Of a stretch of DNA of 64,000 nucleotides, positions 30,951 through 39,585 are shown in pieces. The stretch is from an uncultured Bifidobacterium sp. (lineage in GTDB: Bacteria; Actinomycetota; Acidimicrobiia; Acidimicrobiales; Ilumatobacteraceae): positions 3,112 to 67,111 of the forward strand of contig CAZRHK010000002.1 of NCBI GenBank assembly GCA_964599815.1. The letters are read 5' to 3'. How positions within the stretch are numbered: position 1 is the stretch's first letter; the number at the start of each line of letters is the position of its first letter. Under the pieces are notes generated by a model. It saw only the letters and a program-made list of their open reading frames with translations, was not told the DNA's origin and did no database searches. The position numbers and the translations under genes are program-made.

Positions 30951-31502
30951 CTAAATAACGAAGGGGGAGCGGGTCCACAACTCGCCCGTGTCGTTGCGAG
31001 CCTGATTTGTTGCTTCGCCTGTCAACGTGACAACAGGAATTGCTTCGTTCAATCCGCGCAAGGTGAGTGGTTCATGCGGAACTGCAACAACACCGTCTGG
31101 AAGATTCTCAATTTGATCTAACGGAATGATGACTTCATACGGTTGTGCTGCATCGCACAAACGCGCCGCCATGTTGACAGCGGTTCCGATGTAGTCGTCG
31201 CCTTCAAACAACAACGCAAGACCAGATGCCATGCCAATACGAATGGCAAGTGGCGCGCACGGCACAGCAGACTTCTTTTGTAGCTCTAGTGAGAACGTGA
31301 CAGCGTCGCGCTGGTCGACCGCAACAATCATGCAACCGTCACCCAGCCACTTGGCGATTCGCACGCCAGTCTCAGACGCCACATCGCGAGTCACAGCACG
31401 CCACGCAGCCAACAATCGGCCGGCGGCGTCGTCTCCGTTCTCGGTGGTGAAGTTGGTAAACCCCGAAATGTCGACGAATACAAATGTTCTTGGTACTCGC
31501 AT
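30951..31502 (-). CDS. Class III adenylate/guanylate cyclase, catalytic domain only
   Basis: 'FVFVDISGFT' and 'KWLGDGCM' (the two metal-binding Asp), 'RIGMASG', and 'GTAVNMAARL' (transition-state Asn/Arg). AGGTGG lies 7 nt upstream of the ATG at 31502. Confidence 0.85.
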   Translation of the reverse strand: MRVPRTFVFVDISGFTNFTTENGDDAAGRLLAAWRAVTRDVASETGVRIAKWLGDGCMIVAVDQRDAVTFSLELQKKSAVPCAPLAIRIGMASGLALLFEGDDYIGTAVNMAARLCDAAQPYEVIIPLDQIENLPDGVVAVPHEPLTLRGLNEAIPVVTLTGEATNQARNDTGELWTRSPFVI

Positions 31503-31537
31503 GCTGACTTCCACCTTAGAGCAAGTAAGTTGCGGTT

Positions 31538-33538
31538 ATGACCGCCAGGTTCACCTATTCACGTTGGGACGGCACCCAGACCGGATTCAGCATGGATGCG
31601 GACGAATTAATGGCCGAAATGACCGACGATCTCATGTACCACGGAGACGTGAACGCGGCCCTTAGGCGCTTAATGCGCGAGGGAATGACCGATAAAGACG
31701 GAAATCGAATAGAAGGCATTCGAGAAATGATGGAGAAGATCCGTCAGCGCCGTAAAGAAATTGAAGAAAGTGGTGATTTGGGCGGCGTGTATGCGGAAAT
31801 CGCAGAAGCTCTCAAAGACATCATTGATGAAGAACGCCATGCGGTAGAAAACGCAGTACGCGAGGCAGAGGCCTCAGGAGATGAGCGTCGCGCCGAGACT
31901 GCTCGTGATGCTGCGATGGAAAGAAATTTCCGCCTCGACATGATGCCCGACGATTTGGCCGGCATGGTGCGCGAGCTGCAGAACTACGACTTCGAATCGC
32001 AAGAAGCACGTCAGCGTTTTGAAGAGATGTTGGACAAGTTGCGTCAGCAGATGATGCAACAAGTTGTTGATCAAATGTCTGAGGGCATGCAGAACATGAC
32101 TCCCGAAGACATGGCGCGCATGAAAGACATGATGGCGGCGCTCAACGACATGCTCGACAAACGTGAGCGTGGCGAAGATCCTGAGTTTGAAAAGTTCATG
32201 GAAGAGTTCGGCGATTTCTTTCCCGAGAATCCAGAGACACTCGATGAGTTGTTAGAGAACATGGCAAAGCGCATGCAAGCCATGCAAGATTTCATGAACT
32301 CATTAACGCCAGAACAACGTTCGCAAATGCAGCAGTTGTCAGAGCAGTTAATGGAAGACATGGATCTCAATTGGCAAGTGCAGCAATTGGGTCAACGCTT
32401 ACAGCAAATGTTCCCGCAACCAGGCAATGGTCAGGGATACAACTTCCGTGGCGAACAGCCCATGGACATGCAACAAGCCATGCAAGCCATGCAAGAAATG
32501 GCCGACCTGGACGCCATGGAAAACATGATGCGTCAAGCAGCAGGGCCGTCTCAATTAGGCGAATTCGACCTTGACAAAGTGCGCGAAATTCTCGGTGAAC
32601 AATCGGCGCAATCGCTTCAAAGACTGGCAGAAATGACCAAAGTGCTGGAAGAAGCAGGTCTGATTAATCGCAAAGAAGGCCGCATTGAACTCACGCCACG
32701 CGGTCTTCGCGCCATTGGTAACAATGCGTTGCGCGAGTTGTTTGGCAAGTTGTCGAAAGACAAGTTCGGCCAGCACCGCATGCACGATGAAGGTATGGGA
32801 CACGAACGCACCTATGACTCAAAGCCGTACGAGTTTGGTGATCCGTTCCGTCTGGATTTGCAGCGCACCATTCGCAACGCACTGTCACGCAATGGCACAG
32901 GCACTCCCATCACCTTGACCGTTGATGATTTTGAAATTGAGCGCACCGAGCACACCTCGCGCGCATCAACTGTGTTGTTGTTGGACCTGTCGTATTCCAT
33001 GGTGCAAGCCGGCCGTTTTGTGCCGGCAAAGAAAGTTGCCATGGCGATGCATTCGCTCATCTCGTCGCAGTTCCCACGCGATTTTCTCTCCATCATCGGA
33101 TTCAGCAGCGTTGCGTATCCCATTCGTCCTGAAGACCTCCCAGAGGTCAGCTGGGATCAAGAGTGGGGCACCAACATGCATCAGGCCTTCGACATGGCGC
33201 GTAAACAGCTCGCACGTCAAACAGGCACCAAACAGATCATCATGATCACCGATGGTGAGCCAACCGCTCACATCACCCCAGAGGGCTATCCCATCTTCAC
33301 CTACCCCTACATTCAGGAGTCGGTGGAGTACGCCATGCGCGAGGTGAAGCGTTGCACCAAGGACAACATCACCATCAACTTTTTTGTCCTCGATGCCAGC
33401 CGATCGCTGCAACATCTCATTGAGGACATGACAAAAATCAATAAAGGCAGGGCTTTTTTCACCACTCCAGACACGTTGGGTGACTATGTTCTGGTCGATT
33501 TCCTCGAGAATCGTCGTAGAACCGCCCGTTCTCGCTAA
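31538..33538 (+). CDS. VWA (CoxE-like) domain protein with a long acidic, Met/Gln-rich N-terminal region
   Basis: C-terminal VWA domain with the MIDAS motif 'LLLDLSYSM' and 'IIMITDGEPTAH'. The N-terminal roughly 400 aa are low-complexity (MQQAMQAMQEMADLDAMENMM). Confidence 0.8.
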   Translation: MTARFTYSRWDGTQTGFSMDADELMAEMTDDLMYHGDVNAALRRLMREGMTDKDGNRIEGIREMMEKIRQRRKEIEESGDLGGVYAEIAEALKDIIDEERHAVENAVREAEASGDERRAETARDAAMERNFRLDMMPDDLAGMVRELQNYDFESQEARQRFEEMLDKLRQQMMQQVVDQMSEGMQNMTPEDMARMKDMMAALNDMLDKRERGEDPEFEKFMEEFGDFFPENPETLDELLENMAKRMQAMQDFMNSLTPEQRSQMQQLSEQLMEDMDLNWQVQQLGQRLQQMFPQPGNGQGYNFRGEQPMDMQQAMQAMQEMADLDAMENMMRQAAGPSQLGEFDLDKVREILGEQSAQSLQRLAEMTKVLEEAGLINRKEGRIELTPRGLRAIGNNALRELFGKLSKDKFGQHRMHDEGMGHERTYDSKPYEFGDPFRLDLQRTIRNALSRNGTGTPITLTVDDFEIERTEHTSRASTVLLLDLSYSMVQAGRFVPAKKVAMAMHSLISSQFPRDFLSIIGFSSVAYPIRPEDLPEVSWDQEWGTNMHQAFDMARKQLARQTGTKQIIMITDGEPTAHITPEGYPIFTYPYIQESVEYAMREVKRCTKDNITINFFVLDASRSLQHLIEDMTKINKGRAFFTTPDTLGDYVLVDFLENRRRTARSR

Positions 33539-33662
33539 TTCTCAGCTCTCAAGTTGCTATTTTCGCTGAGATTTGTCACAATGACACCGTTGTAATTACA
33601 CGGTCGCAAGATGATGTCTCCTCGGAGAGTCACTTCGGTCATTTGCTGGGAGGCAACACATC

Positions 33663-33938
33663 ATGCTCGGAGACGCTGAAATTTTGAATCTTGAACGCGG
33701 TTGGCAAGACCAGGCCAACTGCTTGGGCGTCGATCCCGACTTGTTCTTCCCCGAGCGTGGTGCCAGCACCCGTGAAGCAAAAGAAGTGTGCAAGGGCTGC
33801 ATCGTGCGTGGAGAGTGCTTGGAATACGCACTTGCCAACGGCGAAAAGTTCGGAATCTGGGGCGGTCTTTCAGAGCGCGAGCGTCGTCGCTTGCGTCGTC
33901 AGCGCGCTCAAGACTCACGCCGCATCGTTAACGGCTAA
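33663..33938 (+). CDS. whiB2: WhiB-family transcriptional regulator, WhiB2/WhmD-like
   Basis: 'WQDQANC...DPDLFFPERGASTREAKEVCKGCIVRGECLEYAL...FGIWGGLSERERRRL' gives four Cys in the WhiB spacing. The STREAK/CxGCxVRxECLEYAL pattern is what I recall for WhiB2. Confidence 0.8.
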   Translation: MLGDAEILNLERGWQDQANCLGVDPDLFFPERGASTREAKEVCKGCIVRGECLEYALANGEKFGIWGGLSERERRRLRRQRAQDSRRIVNG

Positions 33939-33939
33939 A

Positions 33940-34728
33940 TCAGTCTTGGCGACGTTGTAGTCGCGATTCAATGGTGCGATCTTCTGCGAGGTCTAGTTCC
34001 TCCCAGCGGTCTTGTGGAATCGCATGAAGAATCTCTTCTGGCAACAAACCCACTAATTCACAGTGATGCACAGTTGTGTGCTGTTTCACTGCATCCACCA
34101 CATCAACTGGATTTGCAATTGTTGGTGACACCAAGTTCACACTCACCTGAGTGAATTGTCCCACTTGCAAACCAAGTGTTCGAATGTGTTCGGTGCGCAC
34201 TAGTGAAGCGATGTCTTTTGTTCGTTGTAATGAAACATCTTCTAGCCACACGTTGTAGGCAATCAACGGTTCACGTGCACCAACACAAATAGTTCCTGCG
34301 GTGGGGTGTGGTGCGTGAGGGCCAACATCTGGCATCAACGACGACCACGCGTTTTTCCTAATGAACGGCAATGTTCGTTCGGGTCCGTAAAGAAAACATG
34401 GAATGTTCAATTCTGCGGCGGCCCATTGCGCGAATTCGTTGCGGGCTTGTAACGCATCATCCATGGAGGAGTCGCCAAGGGGAACAAACGGCACCACATC
34501 CACAACGCCCAATCGCGGGTGGACTCCTTCGTGAGAGGGAAGCGACAAAAGAGAAACTGTTGCCGTTGTTAAGAGTTTTGGGGCGTTTGTGCCTATCAAG
34601 GTGAAAACGCTTCTGTTGTGATCGGCATCTGAATGAACATCGAGGAGATCAGAGGCGCAGGCATCACTCAAGGCAGCGAGAACCTCTTTATTGAAGCCTT
34701 CGCTCACATTCACCACGCATTCAAGCAT
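33940..34728 (-). CDS. Glutamate formimidoyltransferase (stand-alone FT domain)
   Basis: N-terminal 'LECVVNVSEG' (compare the canonical ECVPNFSEG), plus 'HPRLGVVDVVPFVPL'. No cyclodeaminase domain is attached. Confidence 0.8.
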   Translation of the reverse strand: MLECVVNVSEGFNKEVLAALSDACASDLLDVHSDADHNRSVFTLIGTNAPKLLTTATVSLLSLPSHEGVHPRLGVVDVVPFVPLGDSSMDDALQARNEFAQWAAAELNIPCFLYGPERTLPFIRKNAWSSLMPDVGPHAPHPTAGTICVGAREPLIAYNVWLEDVSLQRTKDIASLVRTEHIRTLGLQVGQFTQVSVNLVSPTIANPVDVVDAVKQHTTVHHCELVGLLPEEILHAIPQDRWEELDLAEDRTIESRLQRRQD

Positions 34729-34786
34729 GGACAGTTCCTACCAACTCGAAGGCTGTCTCGCTACGACCGGTGGTAGGGTTCGCTGT

Positions 34787-34945
34787 ATGGGCACACCTGA
34801 ACTCATCATGGTCGCAATCGTTATCGTTGTTCTCTTCGGCGGCTCTCAGTTGCCCAAGATTGCTAAGAACCTTGGTTCTGCTCAGCGTGAGCTGAAGAAG
34901 GCCATGGAAGAGGGCAAGAACAACGACTCCACCGAGTCGAAGTAA
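34787..34945 (+). CDS. tatA: Sec-independent (Tat) translocase subunit TatA
   Basis: 52 aa, 'ELIMVAIVIVVLFGGSQLPKIAKNLGSAQRELKKA', showing the TM helix-FG-amphipathic helix signature. Start at the internal ATG at 34787. Confidence 0.85.
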   Translation: MGTPELIMVAIVIVVLFGGSQLPKIAKNLGSAQRELKKAMEEGKNNDSTESK

Positions 34946-34969
34946 CTGCCGCTTTCGCAGCTATTTGTT

Positions 34970-35260
34970 TTAGGCGTGTAAGCCGCGACGACGCTTCAAA
35001 ATGCGTCGACGCTCGCGTTCAGAGCATCCGCCCCACACGCCGTGCTCAATGCGCTCTTCCAGTGCGTATTCCAAACACTTGTCGGTGACTGGGCAACCCT
35101 TGCAAATTGCTCGGGCCCTGTCTACGCCGACGCCGTCGGACGGGAAGAACGTTGATGGCGGGTAGTTGCGGCAATTGCCTTGCGCCATCCACGCAGTTGG
35201 TGAATCGTCGAACGGAACCTGCTTCGCTGGAACCGGTGTGACGTGAAGTTGTGAACTCAT
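34970..35260 (-). CDS. WhiB-family transcriptional regulator
   Basis: 'GNC...FFP...ARAICKGCPVTDKCLEYAL...HGVWGGCSERERRRI'. GAGGAG lies 5 nt upstream of the ATG. There is no AT-hook or EPW motif, so it is not assignable to WhiB7. Confidence 0.85.
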   Translation of the reverse strand: MSSQLHVTPVPAKQVPFDDSPTAWMAQGNCRNYPPSTFFPSDGVGVDRARAICKGCPVTDKCLEYALEERIEHGVWGGCSERERRRILKRRRGLHA

Positions 35261-35550
35261 GGCTCTCCTCGCTGTGATCCCTGGTTGGTTTCACTCTCGG
35301 TCGGTGTCTGTGTGACGCCGAGTCATGACGGGAAGTTCCCGCAATCTCAGTCAAGCACGAATTTTCTGTTCGCGTCCCGCAGAAAAGTAAAGGTTTGTCA
35401 AAAATGTTTCTTATCCACAGGGGTGAGAAAAATAATCAATGAAATCGGGCCAAAATCGTTCAAAAACTGAACTGATTTTCGTCCGATAGACTCTCGTCAC
35501 ATTGAATTTTGATACTTGCTCTCAGCAAGTTTCCGCCACTTGGAGGCACC

Positions 35551-35817
35551 ATGTCAGACGTTCAGACTCACGAAGCCCCAAAGGCTCATGCACGCATTGT
35601 GTATCTCGGCGCTATCTCCCCACATTGGGAGGTCTATGGCGACTATGGCGACCAAGCACTCATTGAAGAGTTCCGTGCGCGTGTTCTTGCTCGTCTCGTT
35701 TTGTTGCCCCGTGACGATCCACAATTCCGCCGCAACATGGCTCGCATTGTTCGCGATGCAGAGCGCGAGCTCATCTCCATTGAATGGGACATGGGCGACC
35801 CGAACTACGAGATCTAA
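35551..35817 (+). CDS. Hypothetical protein (88 aa)
   Basis: ATG at 35551 preceded by GGAGG (35542-35546). Soluble and charged. No family recognised. Confidence 0.55.
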   Translation: MSDVQTHEAPKAHARIVYLGAISPHWEVYGDYGDQALIEEFRARVLARLVLLPRDDPQFRRNMARIVRDAERELISIEWDMGDPNYEI

Positions 35818-35839
35818 GCAATCCCCATAACGGATTCAG

Positions 35840-35873
35840 AATGCCACTCCGAAAGGGGTGGCATTTTCTGTTT
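35840..35873 (+). terminator. Rho-independent terminator
   Basis: AATGCCAC (35840-35847) pairs with GTGGCATT (35858-35865), followed by TTTCTGTTT. Confidence 0.7.
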
Positions 35874-35934
35874 ACCTTCCGTTCACCTTAGAAATTCTTT
35901 CTGTTTACCTTCCGTTACCTACCGTTTGGGATAT
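35870..35934 (+). promoter_or_regulatory. Phased 11-nt direct repeats upstream of pstS (candidate PHO boxes)
   Basis: GTTTACCTTCC (35870-35880), GTTCACCTTAG (35881-35891), spacer (35892-35902), GTTTACCTTCC (35903-35913), GTTACCTACC (35914-23), GTTTGGGATAT (35924-34). The 19-mer TTTCTGTTTACCTTCCGTT occurs twice, 33 nt apart. Confidence 0.55.
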
Positions 35935-35972
35935 CCCGAACAACCCCAGTTCGGCCAGCCGGAGGAAATTCC

Positions 35973-36923
35973 ATGACACGTCGTTTCAGTCAGTCTCGCT
36001 ATGTGATCGCTACTGCATCAGCTGCACTTGTTCTTGCTTCATGTGGTGGTGGCTCATCGTCATCAAGCGATCTCACAGGCAACATCCTCATCGATGGGTC
36101 AAGCACAGTTGCACCGTTGATGACATTGCTTGCAGAAGACTTTCAAAGTGACAACGCCGGTGTTCGTGTCACCGTGGGTACATCGGGTACCGGCGGCGGA
36201 TTTGAAAAGTTCTGTGCCGGGGAAACAGATCTCGCGAATGCATCTCGTGAAATCAAAGAATCTGAAATTGAAGCCTGCAAAGCGGCAGGAATTGAATTCC
36301 TGGAAGTCATCATCGCGAACGACGCGTTGTCCGTGGTTGTTAACAATGACAATGATTGGGCAAAGTGCCTCACTGTTGATCAGCTGAAGAAAATGTGGGA
36401 GCCAGCTGCAGAGGGCAAGATCTCCAACTGGAACCAAATTGATCCTTCATTCCCAAGCGAAGCTTTGAACCTCTTTGGCGCTGGTACAGACTCGGGAACA
36501 TTTGACTACTTCACAAAGGAAATCAACGGCGAAGAAGGGTCAAGTCGTACCGACTACAACCCAAGCGAAGACGACAATGTCACTGTGAAGGGTGTTGAAG
36601 GCGACAAGGGCGCACTTGGTTACTTCGGATTCTCATATCTCGAAGAGAACGCAACGAAAGTTAAGGCACTTGAAGTTGATGGTGGAAAGGGCTGTGTTGC
36701 TCCATCACTTGAACATGTACAAGACGGTACGTATACGCCGCTGTCACGTCCGTTGTATACCTACGTCAGCTTGAAGGCAGCACAACGTCCAGAAGTGAAG
36801 GCATTCTTTGTATTCGTTGAAGAAAACCTTGATGCACTGACAGAAGAAGCATTGTTCATTCCATTGAATGAAGCTCAGAAGGCAATTGAACTCAAGAACC
36901 TCGACGCCATCGCCGGCGCGTAA
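35973..36923 (+). CDS. pstS: Phosphate ABC transporter substrate-binding lipoprotein
   Basis: Lipobox 'LVLASC', then a Gly/Ser linker and 'IDGSSTVAPL'. GGAGGA SD. Followed by pstCAB. Confidence 0.93.
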   Translation: MTRRFSQSRYVIATASAALVLASCGGGSSSSSDLTGNILIDGSSTVAPLMTLLAEDFQSDNAGVRVTVGTSGTGGGFEKFCAGETDLANASREIKESEIEACKAAGIEFLEVIIANDALSVVVNNDNDWAKCLTVDQLKKMWEPAAEGKISNWNQIDPSFPSEALNLFGAGTDSGTFDYFTKEINGEEGSSRTDYNPSEDDNVTVKGVEGDKGALGYFGFSYLEENATKVKALEVDGGKGCVAPSLEHVQDGTYTPLSRPLYTYVSLKAAQRPEVKAFFVFVEENLDALTEEALFIPLNEAQKAIELKNLDAIAGA

Positions 36924-36938
36924 GCCACACTTTCGTTT

Positions 36939-37868
36939 ATGACGCACAGTGTGAGCCTCCAGCCAACAGTGGGCGCGCGTCGCCGACTGTTTGTGGAGCG
37001 AGTAATCAAGTCGGTACTTGCAGGAATGGCCGGTGTCACCGTGGTGACATCAGTTCTCATCGTTGTTGCACTGGTGAGGCCTGCGATTGCTTTCTTTCAA
37101 GATGTGCCATTCGCTGATTTCATCGGCGGAGTCGACTGGAAGCCATTGTTTAAGCCACCACACTTCGGCGTGTGGTCAATTTTCGTGGGGTCATTGTGGG
37201 TTGCCGCAATTGCTCTCACGGTGGCAATTCCCTTAGGGCTTGGTGCAGCGTTTTTTCTCAGCGAATACGCGTCTCCACGGGTGCGGTCAATTGTGAAACC
37301 GATTTTGGAAGTACTTGCTGGAATCCCCACAGTTGTGTTCGGTTTCTTTGCATTGAACTTTGTCAATCCGAATCTTGTGGCGAAATTGTGGCCTGTGGGT
37401 GACGTTGGTACATACAGCGTTCTTGCAGCTGGACTCGTTACAGGAATCATGATTTTGCCCACCGTTGCATCGCTTGCTGAAGATGCAATGGTGTCCGTAC
37501 CAGATGCGTTACGGCAGGGCGCTTATGCGTTGGGCTCTAATCGACGAGAAGTGTCAACATCGGTGGTATTTCCAGCGGCATTGTCGGGAATTGTGGCAGC
37601 AATCGTGTTGGCCGCATCCCGCGCGATTGGCGAAACAACCATTGCCGTTCTTGCCGCTGGCAGTAAAGCTCAACTGTCTGCAAACCCTGGCGAAGAAGGC
37701 CAAACGATGGCTGGCTTTATTGGCTTTGCCGGAATTGGAGATCAAGCAACAGGAAGTACGGGCTACCAGTCAATTTTTGCCGTAGGTGCTCTGTTGTTCC
37801 TTGTGACATTGCTCTTGAATATCGCGAGTATTCGAATTGTTCGTCGATTCCGTGAGGTATACGAATGA
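36939..37868 (+). CDS. pstC: Phosphate ABC transporter permease PstC
   Basis: 6-TM permease with the EAA-type loop 'REGAYALG'-like sequence (QGAYALGSNRREV). Position in the operon supports the call. Confidence 0.92.
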   Translation: MTHSVSLQPTVGARRRLFVERVIKSVLAGMAGVTVVTSVLIVVALVRPAIAFFQDVPFADFIGGVDWKPLFKPPHFGVWSIFVGSLWVAAIALTVAIPLGLGAAFFLSEYASPRVRSIVKPILEVLAGIPTVVFGFFALNFVNPNLVAKLWPVGDVGTYSVLAAGLVTGIMILPTVASLAEDAMVSVPDALRQGAYALGSNRREVSTSVVFPAALSGIVAAIVLAASRAIGETTIAVLAAGSKAQLSANPGEEGQTMAGFIGFAGIGDQATGSTGYQSIFAVGALLFLVTLLLNIASIRIVRRFREVYE

Positions 37869-38746
37869 CCGCAGTTACTCACCTTCGGGCCGCAAAGACA
37901 CCTTCACGTTCAGCGAAGGATTTGGTATTCCGCATCTTTATGTTCGCTGGAATTGGAATTGCCTTAGGTTCATTGGCAACTCTTCTTGCCAATGTTGTCA
38001 TCGAGGGTGCGCCACGATTGTCATCTGACTTGATTCAGAACATGCCATCTGCTCGCCCACGTCGCGCAGGAATTCAGTCGGCAATTTTTGGTTCATTGTG
38101 GGTTGTCATCACTACAGCCATTATCAGCCTTCCCACAGGTATTGGCGCAGCGATCTACTTGGAAGAGTTTGCACGTCGTGATCGCTGGTACAACCGGCTG
38201 ATTGAGTTGAATGTGCAGAACTTGGCTGCGGTTCCTTCAGTGGTGTTTGGCATCTTGGGTCTTGCATTTATCAAGCGAGGCCCACTTGGTCTTGGCTCTA
38301 CTGTTTTAACGGCGGCACTGGTGCTGTCAATGTTGGTGTTGCCCACCGTTGTCATTGTGTCGCGCGAGGCGATTCGCGCAGTCCCAGACAGTTTTAGACA
38401 GGGTTCACTAGCTCTGGGCGCAACAAAGTGGGAGACAGTGCGTCATCAGGTGTTGCCTAATGCAATGCCAGGCATTCTCACTGGGACCATCTTGTCGGTG
38501 TCTCGTGCCCTTGGTGAATCTGCGCCGTTGTTGATGCTGGGCGCGCTTACCTTCATCACATTCAATCCCACTGGACTTGATAGCCAGTACACCGTTTTGC
38601 CAATTCAGATTTTCAGTTACATCAGTAGTGCAAAGCAAGAATTCAAACCACTAGCAGCCGCGTCAATTGTTGTGCTGTTGGTTGTGCTCCTCGCATTGAA
38701 TGCGGCCGCAATATTCCTTCGTAACAAATTTCAAAAGCGCTGGTGA
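37865..38746 (+). CDS. pstA: Phosphate ABC transporter permease PstA
   Basis: ATGA overlap with pstC. '[15 protein letters not shown]' EAA loop. Confidence 0.92.
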   Translation: MTAVTHLRAAKTPSRSAKDLVFRIFMFAGIGIALGSLATLLANVVIEGAPRLSSDLIQNMPSARPRRAGIQSAIFGSLWVVITTAIISLPTGIGAAIYLEEFARRDRWYNRLIELNVQNLAAVPSVVFGILGLAFIKRGPLGLGSTVLTAALVLSMLVLPTVVIVSREAIRAVPDSFRQGSLALGATKWETVRHQVLPNAMPGILTGTILSVSRALGESAPLLMLGALTFITFNPTGLDSQYTVLPIQIFSYISSAKQEFKPLAAASIVVLLVVLLALNAAAIFLRNKFQKRW

Positions 38747-39585
38747 TTATGGAAACTCAAAACATCGAACAATCAAACCAGGACGAGTCAAAGTCTGCAG
38801 ACAACATCGTTCTAACTGCGAAAGATTTGTCAGTTTTCTATGGCGAGTTCCGTGCAGTACGTGACGTGAATCTGGAGATTCGTCGTGGTGAAATCACGGC
38901 ATTCATCGGGCCATCTGGTTGCGGTAAGTCCACGGTGTTGCGTTGCTTCAACCGAATGAACGACCTCATTCCCGGTGCGCGAGTAGACGGCGCAGTGGAG
39001 TATCACGGCATTGATCTCTACGGCGCTGAAGCCGACGCCGGGGAAGTGCGCCGTCGAATTGGGATGGTGTTCCAGCGCCCGAATCCGTTTCCAAAGAGTA
39101 TTTACGACAATGTTGCGTACGGACCACGAGTGAATGGCATTCGTAAGAAGTCTGAACTTGATGCCATCGTGGAGAAGTCGTTGATTGGTGCGGCACTGTG
39201 GGACGAAGTGAAAGATCGTCTCGATGCCTCTGCAATGGGAATCTCTGGCGGTCAGCAACAGCGACTGTGTATTGCCCGTTCCATTGCCATTGAGCCGGAG
39301 GTTCTTCTTATGGATGAACCCTGTTCAGCTCTTGACCCTATTGCCACGGCGCGAATTGAAGACCTCATGCAGGAAATCAAGCAGCAGTACACCATTGTGA
39401 TTGTGACGCACAATATGCAACAGGCAGGTCGTGTCTCGGACAGCACTGGGTTCTTTACAACTGAAGTAAATTCTGAAAGTGACCGCCGAACAGGCGTTTT
39501 GGTGGAGTTCAATAGCACTCAGAAGATTTTCTCTCGGCCAGACGACAGTCGAACCGAGGCATACATCACGGGAAGGTTTGGCTGA
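38743..39585 (+). CDS. pstB: Phosphate ABC transporter ATP-binding protein
   Basis: Walker A 'GPSGCGKST', signature 'ISGGQQQRL', Walker B 'LLMDEP', and C-terminus 'YITGRFG'. GTG at 38743 overlaps the pstA stop. An ATG at 38749 is an alternative. Confidence 0.95.
   Translation: MIMETQNIEQSNQDESKSADNIVLTAKDLSVFYGEFRAVRDVNLEIRRGEITAFIGPSGCGKSTVLRCFNRMNDLIPGARVDGAVEYHGIDLYGAEADAGEVRRRIGMVFQRPNPFPKSIYDNVAYGPRVNGIRKKSELDAIVEKSLIGAALWDEVKDRLDASAMGISGGQQQRLCIARSIAIEPEVLLMDEPCSALDPIATARIEDLMQEIKQQYTIVIVTHNMQQAGRVSDSTGFFTTEVNSESDRRTGVLVEFNSTQKIFSRPDDSRTEAYITGRFG

Noticed and set aside
35046-35354. A 102-aa minus-strand ORF starting in the whiB leader and overlapping the whiB start, considered as a whiB7-style regulatory uORF.
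   Set aside because: It has a TTG start with no SD. Its product is Arg/Ser/His-rich and out of frame through the whiB coding region. The WhiB protein also lacks the AT-hook/EPW features of WhiB7, so the analogy is unsupported.
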